From positions 128,001 through 192,000 of the forward strand of contig CAWKBC010000047.1 in the NCBI GenBank assembly GCA_963847705.1: DNA of 64,000 nucleotides, in the 5' to 3' direction. How positions within the stretch are numbered: the stretch's first letter is position 1; the number at the start of each line of letters is the position of its first letter. The position numbers were made by a program, and so were the translations under genes. Below, in pieces: positions 56,296 through 64,000 of this stretch. Origin of the DNA: an uncultured Pseudomonadota bacterium. Its GTDB lineage: Bacteria; Myxococcota_A; Polyangia; Fen-1088. The notes under the pieces were generated by a model. The model was not told the origin of the DNA and did no database searches. It was given only the letters and a program-made list of their open reading frames with translations.

Positions 56296-59200
56296 ATGCG
56301 CCTCACGGACATCTTCGTACGGCGGCCGGTCCTCTCCATCGTCGTCAACCTGATCATCGTCATCGCCGGCGTGCAGGCCATCCGCACGCTCAATGTCCGG
56401 CAGTACCCGCGCCTGGAGAGCGCGACCATCGTCGTTCGCACGCCCTACGTGGGCGCCAGCGCCGACCTCGTGCGTGGCTTCATCACCACGCCCATCGAGC
56501 GGTCCGTCGCGGCCGGCAACGGGATCGACTACATCGAATCGCAGAGCGAACAGGGGCTCTCCACCATCAACGTTCGCCTCCAGCTGAACGTCGACACGGC
56601 GCGGGCGCTGGCCGACATCAGCGCCCGCGTGAATCAGGTGCGTGGCGATCTGCCTCCCGAGGCCGAGGTCCCGGCGATCAGCCTGGAGCCCTCGGACGCC
56701 GCCTTCGCCTCGATGTACCTGAGCTTCGACTCGAAGATCCTCCAGGACAACCAGGTGACCGACTACCTCATTCGTGTGGTGCAACCGCGGCTGTCGGCCG
56801 TCGAAGGGGTGCAAAAGGCGGACATCCTGGGCGGACGCACCTTCGCGCTGCGCGCCTGGCTGAAGCCCGACCGCATGGCGGCGTTGAACGTCAGCCCGTC
56901 GCAGGTGCGACAGGCGCTGGCCGCCAACAACTACCTCTCGGCCATCGGCCAGACCAAGGGCACCTACGTCCAGCTCAACCTGTCGGCCACCACCGGGATC
57001 GAATCGGTCGAGGACTTTCGCCGGCTGGTGATCCGCCAGGAAGGGGGCACGCTGGTGCGCCTGGGCGACGTCGCCGACGTGGTGCTGGGGGCCGACAACT
57101 ACGAGATGGACGTGCGCATGTCGGGCGACCGCGCCACCTTCATGGGCGTCTGGGTGCTCCCCAACGCCAACGCGCTGGACGTCATCAAGCGGGTGCGCGA
57201 GGAGATGGCCAAGATCCAGAGCGAGCTCCCGACGGGGCTCTCCGCCACCATCGCCTTCGACGCCACCAAGTACATCGACAGCGCCATCCACGAGGTGCGC
57301 GGGACGCTGGTCGAGACCATCTTCATCGTGATCGTGGTGATCTTCCTCTTCCTTGGATCGCTGCGCACGGTGATCGTGCCGGTCGTCGCCATCCCGGTGT
57401 CGCTCATCGGCGCGGTCTTCCTGATGCAGGTGTTCGGCTTCTCGTTGAATCTGCTGACGCTGCTGGCGATCGTCCTCTCGGTGGGCCTGGTGGTCGACGA
57501 CGCCATCGTCGTGGTGGAGAACGTCGATCGGCACATGCGCGAAGGGCACTCGCCGATCGAGGCCTCGATGCTCGGCGCGCGCGAGCTGGTGGGCCCCATC
57601 ATCGCCATGACCATCACGCTGGCCGCGGTCTACGCGCCGATCGGCTTTCAGGGTGGCCTGACGGGCGCGCTCTTCCGCGAATTCGTCTTCACGCTGGCGG
57701 GCGCCGTCCTCATCTCGGGCGTCGTGGCCTTGACGTTGTCACCCATGATGTCCTCCAGGCTGCTGCAGTCGCAGCAACACGAGCAGCGGATGACGGCCTT
57801 CGTCGACCGGGTGTTTCAGCGCATCAAGGCGCGCTACTCGCGCATGCTGGCCGCCACGCTGGCCAACCGTCCGGCGGTCTACATCGTCTGGGGCGTGCTC
57901 TCGCTGCTGGTCGTCCCCATGTACCTGTTCTCCCCGAAGGAGCTGGCGCCCACCGAGGACCAGGGGGTGGTGTTCGGCAAGGTCGACACGCCCGCCAACG
58001 CCACCATGGAGCAGGTCACCCCCTTCACCGAGAAGATCTTTCGCAACTTCAAATCGATCCCCGAGTTCGACAGCAGCTTCCAGCTGACATTTCCAAGCGG
58101 CGGCTTCGGCGGCATGATTGTCAAGCCCTGGGAGGAGCGCAAGCGCAGCATCTTCCAGATCCAACAGGAGCTGTTCGGAAAGCAGATGATGCTCACGGGC
58201 GTGCAGGCGCCGGTGTTCCTGCCGCCGGCGCTCCCCAGCTCGGGCATCTTCCCGGTCGAGTTCGTCATCGCCTCGACGGGGAGCCACGAAGAGCTGGTGC
58301 GCGCCGCCGACAAGATCGTCGTCGAGGCCATCAAGAGCGGCCAGTTCGCCTTCCCGCCGGTGACCGACGTGAAGATCGACCAGGCCAAGGCGGAGATCGT
58401 CTTCGACCGCGAGAAGATGGCGTCGATGGGCCTCAGCATGCAGCAGGTCGGCGCCGATCTGGGGACGATGCTGGGCGGCAACTACATCAATCGGTTCAAC
58501 ATGGATGGGCGCAGCTACAAGGTCATCGCCCAGGTGGAGCGCGCGGGCCGACTCACCCCCACCGATCTCGGCGAAATCCACGTCACCGGCCCGGGCGGCA
58601 CGCTCATTCCCCTGTCGTCCATCGCCACCTTCCGCACCGGCGTCGAGCCGCGCTCGCTGAACCGCTTCCAGCAGCTCAACGCCGTCAAGATCTCCGGCGT
58701 GGCGCCCCGTGGGCTCGAACAGGGGCTGGCGGTGCTGGAGGCGGCCGCCGACAAGGCGCTGCCGGCCGGCTCCCGGGTCGACTACACGGGCGAGTCCCGG
58801 CAGCTGCGTCAGGAGGCGGGCAAGTTCCTACCGGCGATGGGCCTGGCGATCGTGCTGATCTTCCTGGTGCTGGCCGCCCAGTTCAACTCGTTCCGGGACC
58901 CGGTCGTGGTCCTGGCCGGCTCGGTGCCGCTGGCGATGTTCGGCGCCATGATCTTCACCTTCCTGAAGTTCTCCGGCCCGCCGGGCATGAGATTCGCCCT
59001 GACAGAAGGCTGGACCACGACGCTGAACATCTACTCCCAGGTCGGCCTGGTCACACTCGTCGGCCTCATCGCCAAGAACGGGATCTTGGTGGTCGAGTTC
59101 GCCAACCACCAGCAAGAGAGCGGATTGTCCAAGGTCGCCGCCGTTCAGGCCGCCGCGGAGACCCGCCTGCGCCCCATCCTGATGACGACCATCGCGACCG

Positions 59201-59460
59201 TGGCGGGACACTTCCCCCTCACGCTGGTGCACGGCCCCGGCGCCGCGGCCCGCAACTCGATCGGCGTGGTGCTGGTGGGCGGCATGGCCATCGGGACGAT
59301 CTTCACCCTCTTCGTCGTGCCATCCGTCTACGTCCTCGTCGCCAGGGACCACCGCTCGACCGCCGCGCGGAAGCCAGAGCTCGCGCTCATGAAGGCCAAC
59401 GAAGACGTGCTACCCCCACAGCGAGTCTCCGTCGAGGCTCTCCCGAGCAGCAGCGGCTAG
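56296..59460 (+). CDS. RND efflux permease (MexI/MexW-like)
   Basis: MRLTDIFVRRPV, GLVVDDAIVVVEN, GLIAKNGILVVEFAN, RLRPILMTT. Confidence 0.96.
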   Translation: MRLTDIFVRRPVLSIVVNLIIVIAGVQAIRTLNVRQYPRLESATIVVRTPYVGASADLVRGFITTPIERSVAAGNGIDYIESQSEQGLSTINVRLQLNVDTARALADISARVNQVRGDLPPEAEVPAISLEPSDAAFASMYLSFDSKILQDNQVTDYLIRVVQPRLSAVEGVQKADILGGRTFALRAWLKPDRMAALNVSPSQVRQALAANNYLSAIGQTKGTYVQLNLSATTGIESVEDFRRLVIRQEGGTLVRLGDVADVVLGADNYEMDVRMSGDRATFMGVWVLPNANALDVIKRVREEMAKIQSELPTGLSATIAFDATKYIDSAIHEVRGTLVETIFIVIVVIFLFLGSLRTVIVPVVAIPVSLIGAVFLMQVFGFSLNLLTLLAIVLSVGLVVDDAIVVVENVDRHMREGHSPIEASMLGARELVGPIIAMTITLAAVYAPIGFQGGLTGALFREFVFTLAGAVLISGVVALTLSPMMSSRLLQSQQHEQRMTAFVDRVFQRIKARYSRMLAATLANRPAVYIVWGVLSLLVVPMYLFSPKELAPTEDQGVVFGKVDTPANATMEQVTPFTEKIFRNFKSIPEFDSSFQLTFPSGGFGGMIVKPWEERKRSIFQIQQELFGKQMMLTGVQAPVFLPPALPSSGIFPVEFVIASTGSHEELVRAADKIVVEAIKSGQFAFPPVTDVKIDQAKAEIVFDREKMASMGLSMQQVGADLGTMLGGNYINRFNMDGRSYKVIAQVERAGRLTPTDLGEIHVTGPGGTLIPLSSIATFRTGVEPRSLNRFQQLNAVKISGVAPRGLEQGLAVLEAAADKALPAGSRVDYTGESRQLRQEAGKFLPAMGLAIVLIFLVLAAQFNSFRDPVVVLAGSVPLAMFGAMIFTFLKFSGPPGMRFALTEGWTTTLNIYSQVGLVTLVGLIAKNGILVVEFANHQQESGLSKVAAVQAAAETRLRPILMTTIATVAGHFPLTLVHGPGAAARNSIGVVLVGGMAIGTIFTLFVVPSVYVLVARDHRSTAARKPELALMKANEDVLPPQRVSVEALPSSSG

Positions 59461-59525
59461 GACTCGCCAGAGGGGCGGACCGTGATGGCGCGGAGAGGGC
59501 GCACGCCAGCTCGACCATGCGCGGC

Positions 59526-60182
59526 TCAGAGCCCAGAGAAGACGCCTCTTCGCGATCCGACCGCCTTGCCGAAGTGAAACGTATCGAGGATCCACGCGAA
59601 AGGTCCCGAGATGCCCAGATCCGACCACGAGGCGACGAATGAGAGCACCGCCGAGCCGTCCGGGTTGAACCTCATCTCGAAGGGCACCGTGGCCCTCACG
59701 GTTCCCCACCCGCCAGACGTCGGGTCCGTCGACGAGGGCAGGGCGTTGCGGATTGGAAGCCCGGCAGCGGCGCGGATCTCGTCACCCCGAACGATGGCGC
59801 CAGGGACCGTGCCCGAGTCCGCGCGCCGCGTCGGGTCGTAGGAAATGTAGTACTGGAAGGAGTCCTCTGTCCGGCCCGTCTGATCGAACGTCAAGAAATC
59901 TGGAATATGATCAAAGGGCACCTCGAATCGAATCGGCCCTCTGCTCTTGGTGTCGACCGTTGTTAAGTCGGCACTCACCGCCTGGACGTTGGGATCGTCG
60001 GCGGCGCTGGTGCCGCAGCGGTCCTCGCAGGCCCCCACGTCATACGAGCTGTCGTTGTCGCGAGAGCGCTGGCAGTCCTGCTGGCAATCGAAAGCCGCCT
60101 GTGTGCTGTCGCAACCGATGGAGCTCCCCGCGGCCAGGGCACCCAGCACGGCGAACGCCGACGGAATCAGGCTCTTTCGCAT
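59526..60182 (-). CDS. Lipoprotein of unknown function, apparently chimeric
   Basis: Lipobox SIGC; Cys-patterned N-part then beta-rich PDFLTFD..GR..DSFQYYI domain. Confidence 0.55.
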   Translation of the reverse strand: MRKSLIPSAFAVLGALAAGSSIGCDSTQAAFDCQQDCQRSRDNDSSYDVGACEDRCGTSAADDPNVQAVSADLTTVDTKSRGPIRFEVPFDHIPDFLTFDQTGRTEDSFQYYISYDPTRRADSGTVPGAIVRGDEIRAAAGLPIRNALPSSTDPTSGGWGTVRATVPFEMRFNPDGSAVLSFVASWSDLGISGPFAWILDTFHFGKAVGSRRGVFSGL

Positions 60183-60365
60183 TCCCCAACAACATGGGGG
60201 TGGATTGGCCGGGTGAGAAGGTCCTGCTCGCCAGTAGGCGTGACACTTTCGACCGATGCCCGCCGAAAGCCCGGGCGGACATCCGCCCCCCACCTCTGGC
60301 CGCTCGCAGCGAAATCGCGCTGCGCGCGCGACCAGTGAAGCGCCCCCGCCGCGCGACCTTCTCGC

Positions 60366-60659
60366 TCAGGAGGTCGCCGAAGCCGACGGCTGAGCTGCCT
60401 CTCCCCGGGCGAGGGCGGGAACCCTTGCGCGGGCGAGTCCGCGCGAAGCGAGTGCCGTGAAGACGTAGGCGCCGGCGAGCGCGCCGAAACCTTTCCAGAT
60501 GTCCGTCCAGTGGACGCCGCCACCTCCGAACAACTTCGCGAGGTGGCCGGAAGCCAGGTAGACGTGGACGCCCGCCACGAGCAACGAGGTGGTCGGCCGC
60601 TGGACGAAGCGGGGCAGGGGAAGCGGGCGGCCGAACCGCAGGGAGAGGTGATCTCTCAT
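60366..60659 (-). CDS. Small membrane protein
   Basis: ATG overlaps upstream stop (ATGA); two hydrophobic segments with HVYLA..H and DIWKGFGA. Confidence 0.6.
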   Translation of the reverse strand: MRDHLSLRFGRPLPLPRFVQRPTTSLLVAGVHVYLASGHLAKLFGGGGVHWTDIWKGFGALAGAYVFTALASRGLARARVPALARGEAAQPSASATS

Positions 60660-61990
60660 CTGGAGGCCTGGAACAGCTCCACACTTCCGTAGGGCTCGGC
60701 TGATTGTGGACGAAACCGGTTGAGGGTGAACTTCGTCTTCTGACCGGGCTGGACGTCCACCAGGACGTAGTTGTAGTCCTCCCTGGGGCTCTCGCCTTTC
60801 CAGTACTGATCCGGCGGGTAATCTGCCGGGACCTTGAGATGGGTGCGGCCCGGAAGGATGGGGTCCTGTTCCGCTCCACCGCCGCCGAGGACCAGGTATT
60901 TCACCCCGTCGACATCGTAGAGCTCCGTCGTGTGCACGTGCCCGTTGAAAACGACGATGTCCAGGTCCTTGGCGTAGGAGGCCAGGAGCTTGTGGGGATT
61001 CTGCTCGTCGGGGATGGCGCCCAGGCCGGAGCGGCAGAACACCGGCGCATGGAAGGCGATGAAGACCTTGCGGGTGCCCGCGGCCTTGGCCTCCTCCAGC
61101 CACTGCCGCAGTTGCGCCATCTGCTCGGCGAACGCGGGTCGCGTGGCGTCCCAGGCTGACGGCGAGCGGTAGTTGAGCTTTCCCGTCCAGAGGAAGATGA
61201 AGCGAACGCCGTTGAAATCGAACTTGTAGATGAGCCGCTCGTTCGAGACCCCGAACGTCTTCAGATAGGGGAAGGACGCCAGCAGACCCTCCACGTCGGA
61301 GTCCTCCCACACCTCGTGATTTCCGACCGCCGGGAAGACGCGACCGGGCAGCCCGGCCGCGCGCATCTCGGCGTCCGGAGGTGGCAGTCGCTTGAGAACC
61401 TCCTCGTTCACCAGGGTCCAGTACGGATTCTCCGAGGGGGACGCGGCCTGCTTGCCCCACCACACCAGGTCCCCGGTATTGAGGACGAACCTGGCTTTTC
61501 CTTGCAGGACGTCCTGCACCACCCCGCGGGCGACCCACTCGCCGCCATCGAGGCGGAACATCGTCCGGCGCACGCCTGGTAGAAGCTTCACGTCCTCGAC
61601 GGAGGCCTCGGTGACCCACCCCTTGTCGAGGGTCATCGTCGTAACCTCGCTGGCCGTCATGAACGGCATGACCATCTGAACGAGCTCCTTGGTCGCCGGA
61701 TCGTAGGTCAGCTTGACGTGCTTCTTGACCGTCTCCTCCGAGACCTTCTCCGGGAGCACCTCGGAGAACAGGTCGACCATCATCTTGCGCGCTTCCGCTT
61801 GCTGATCCGCCCGGTAAGGCAGCTGCATCATCGACCGCGAATCGCCGTAGACCGCAAAGGAGAAACCGGCCTTGGGCTTCTCGGCCGCCGCCGCTTTGTC
61901 GCCTCCGATCGCGGCCCTTCCGCAGCTCGCGGAAAGAACGAGGACCGCCGCGCCGCCCATGCACACCCTTGCTGCCGTCTTCGTCCACAT
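60656..61990 (-). CDS. Calcineurin-like metallophosphoesterase lipoprotein
   Basis: YGDSR, NTGDLV, VGNHE, FHAP, NGHVH; lipobox SASC. Confidence 0.9.
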   Translation of the reverse strand: MWTKTAARVCMGGAAVLVLSASCGRAAIGGDKAAAAEKPKAGFSFAVYGDSRSMMQLPYRADQQAEARKMMVDLFSEVLPEKVSEETVKKHVKLTYDPATKELVQMVMPFMTASEVTTMTLDKGWVTEASVEDVKLLPGVRRTMFRLDGGEWVARGVVQDVLQGKARFVLNTGDLVWWGKQAASPSENPYWTLVNEEVLKRLPPPDAEMRAAGLPGRVFPAVGNHEVWEDSDVEGLLASFPYLKTFGVSNERLIYKFDFNGVRFIFLWTGKLNYRSPSAWDATRPAFAEQMAQLRQWLEEAKAAGTRKVFIAFHAPVFCRSGLGAIPDEQNPHKLLASYAKDLDIVVFNGHVHTTELYDVDGVKYLVLGGGGAEQDPILPGRTHLKVPADYPPDQYWKGESPREDYNYVLVDVQPGQKTKFTLNRFRPQSAEPYGSVELFQASR

Positions 61991-62038
61991 GCAGGTTCTC
62001 CGAAGGTGAAGTGCGGCGATCGCCTCGCGCCGACGCGT

Positions 62039-63577
62039 CTACTGGCCGTGGTGCGCCTGCATGGCGCGCTGAACCTGCTCCTTGACGGCGTCCATGTTGA
62101 ACGAGGCGCCCTTCTGCAACGGCGGAAAGTCGATGAAGGTCTGCGCCGCCTTCGCCACCTCCTGCTGCACGAAGACGAAACGCCAGAACTCGTACTTGAA
62201 CCAGTCGGAGAAGGCCATCGATCCGGCGATCCCGGTCCGCTCGAGCGGATCGAGGCGCAGGTTGGTGAGCATCGGCCAGTCGACCTTCACCGTTCCCCCC
62301 AGCCAGCCGCCGGGCTGGTCGATGAATCGATATTTGTAGTCCCCGATTCGAACGGCGCCCAGCTGCCCCTCGGCGAAGTAGTAGATCTCTTGCCGCTTCG
62401 AGTCCCCTTTTCCGGTCAAGAGAGCGGTCTGGTCGTAGCCGTCGAGGTGGACCTTGTAGCTGCGGTCCCCCAGCTTCTTTCCCTGTTTGAGCTCGTCGAC
62501 GATCTTCCCGTTCCCCGCCAGCGAGACGAAGGTCGGGAACCAGTCGAGGCTCGAGAAGATCTGGTTCTCCACCTTGCCCGCCGGGATCTTCCCCGGCCAG
62601 CGCGCGATGCAGGGGACGCGGAAGCCCCCCTCGAGTACGGTCCCCTTCCCGCCCGCGAACGGGGTCTGACCGCCGTCCGGCCAGGTGAAGTTCTCGGCGC
62701 CGTTGTCGGTGCTGAAGACGACGATCGTCTCCTCGTCGAGCCCGTCGTCCTTGAGCTTCTTGAGCACCGAGCCGACCATGTCGTCGAGCTGCGCCATCCC
62801 GGCCTCGTAGATGCCCCAGTTGTTCTCGGGCGTCCGCCGGCTCTCGTACTTTTCGGACAGGTGGGTCACGACGTGCATGCGCGTCGGGTTCAGCCAGATG
62901 AAGAACGGCTTGCCTTCGCCCTTGGCCTTGTCGATGAACTTCAAGCTGTAATCGAGGATCTCGTCGTCGACGGTTTTCATTCGCTCCGGGTACAGCGTGC
63001 CGGCGTCCTTGATCACCTGCTTGCCGACCTTCCCCCAACGTGGATCCACGTGCGGGTCATCGACCTCGTTCGCCTGACAGTGAAGCATGTTGCGCGGCCC
63101 GACCTTGTCCTTGAGCGCCGGCGGGTAGTTGGGATGAGCGGGATCCTCCATCGCGTCGAGGTGATAGAGGTAGCCGAAGAACTCGTCGAACCCGTGCACG
63201 GTCGGCAGAAACTCGTTGCGGTCGCCAAGATGGTTCTTGCCGAACTGGCCGGTCACATAACCGAGCGACTTGAGCGCGGTGGCGATCGTCGGCGCCGCGG
63301 CCGGCATCCCGACGGTGGCGCCCGCCTGACCGACGGTGGTCAGACCCGTCCTGATTGGCATCTGGCCGGTGATGAAGTTGGCGCGCCCGGCGGTGCAGCT
63401 CGCTTCGGCGTAACAGTCGGTGAACAACATCCCCTCGGCCGCCATCTTGTCCAGGTTCGGCGTCCGCCCGGCCATCATGCCGCGGTGGTAGGCGCCGATG
63501 TTCAACCACCCGATGTCATCACCCATGATGAAGACGATGTTGGGTTGCTTGTGCGCGGAGCCGGTCGGTTTTGCCAT
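62039..63577 (-). CDS. Arylsulfatase (formylglycine-dependent, CxAxR variant)
   Basis: PNIVFIMGDDIGW, TPNLD, SCTAGRA, FGKNHLGD, STDNG, GGFRVP; no signal peptide. Confidence 0.93.
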   Translation of the reverse strand: MAKPTGSAHKQPNIVFIMGDDIGWLNIGAYHRGMMAGRTPNLDKMAAEGMLFTDCYAEASCTAGRANFITGQMPIRTGLTTVGQAGATVGMPAAAPTIATALKSLGYVTGQFGKNHLGDRNEFLPTVHGFDEFFGYLYHLDAMEDPAHPNYPPALKDKVGPRNMLHCQANEVDDPHVDPRWGKVGKQVIKDAGTLYPERMKTVDDEILDYSLKFIDKAKGEGKPFFIWLNPTRMHVVTHLSEKYESRRTPENNWGIYEAGMAQLDDMVGSVLKKLKDDGLDEETIVVFSTDNGAENFTWPDGGQTPFAGGKGTVLEGGFRVPCIARWPGKIPAGKVENQIFSSLDWFPTFVSLAGNGKIVDELKQGKKLGDRSYKVHLDGYDQTALLTGKGDSKRQEIYYFAEGQLGAVRIGDYKYRFIDQPGGWLGGTVKVDWPMLTNLRLDPLERTGIAGSMAFSDWFKYEFWRFVFVQQEVAKAAQTFIDFPPLQKGASFNMDAVKEQVQRAMQAHHGQ

Positions 63578-63818
63578 GTGGGTCGTTCCCCTTTCGACGG
63601 TGCAAGATGAGCCAGCATCGCGGGTCATCAAGTCGTCGTAGGCCGCTGCGCCATCAATCAGGAAATGGCCGACAGCAGGGCCGTAGCCCGGCGGGCTGCC
63701 ACCGAGGTCGGCGGGCGCAAGGCAGCAAGAGGCCGGGCGCCGGCTTGACAGGGTGGCGCGTGCGACCAAGTTCAATCCGGCTCAGAGAGCACTGGTCGTT
63801 GATAAAGAGGAGGGTCCC

Positions 63819-64000
63819 ATGTCCACCGAGAGCCTGACCACCGCCGTCGACATCGTGCTGGAGCCGGACGCGGCGATGAACGATCGCGCCGAGACCGTCA
63901 ACGCTCGCCTGCTGACCGCCTTCCCCCAGGGTTTCCCCCTGGGCGCCACGCACAGGCCGCACATTTCGATCCTCCAGAGGTACGTTCGGACCGCGGACCT
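63819..64000 (+). CDS. Partial 2H-phosphoesterase (2'-5' RNA ligase-like) family protein, truncated by window end
   Basis: GAGGAGG RBS, MSTESLTTAVDIVLEPD...HRPHISILQRYV (HxS motif). Confidence 0.6.
   Translation, partial: MSTESLTTAVDIVLEPDAAMNDRAETVNARLLTAFPQGFPLGATHRPHISILQRYVRTAD

Noticed and set aside
60366-63038. 890-aa minus-strand ORF
   Set aside because: Off-frame overlap with sulfatase and phosphoesterase; only 60366..60659 is plausible
1-64000. tRNA, rRNA, transposase, integrase or phage genes
   Set aside because: None recognised by eye; small structured RNAs cannot be excluded without a covariance-model search

Overview
High-GC bacterial DNA. The gene content points to Myxococcota (Polyangia-like): many Cys-rich lipoproteins with Gly/Ala linkers, an ECF/anti-sigma/caspase cluster and a sigma54 activator. 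This taxonomy is inferred from gene style, not proven. I find about 50 protein genes and no rRNA, tRNA, CRISPR array or transposase. Main blocks: a PstS-like secreted protein divergent from two Ig-stalk lipoproteins; two c-type cytochrome lipoproteins; a sigma54 two-component system with an OprO/P porin and a divergent TolC-MFP-RND pump; a second porin; AmpG-like MFS; a CxxCH beta-propeller lipoprotein; two large sensor kinases; IDH; a phosphoesterase plus di-heme peroxidase pair; PP2C; a degenerate phosphoesterase; ECF sigma/anti-sigma/caspase; pqiAABC; a redox/stress cluster; TetR with a second RND pair; a metallophosphoesterase and an arylsulfatase. Five genes carry frameshifts, probably assembly indels. 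The strongest non-obvious signals are (i) a readable sigma54 regulon, with the same tandem GGGA-N-WAWYTCC enhancer at exactly -113..-81 of two sigma54 promoters, (ii) a six-Cys lipoprotein stalk module reused three times with different cargo, (iii) an exported caspase-like protease with a barrel-like tail behind an ECF/anti-sigma pair, and (iv) a four-fold tandem SD-ATG array. All functional calls come from motif recognition by eye; no searches were run.
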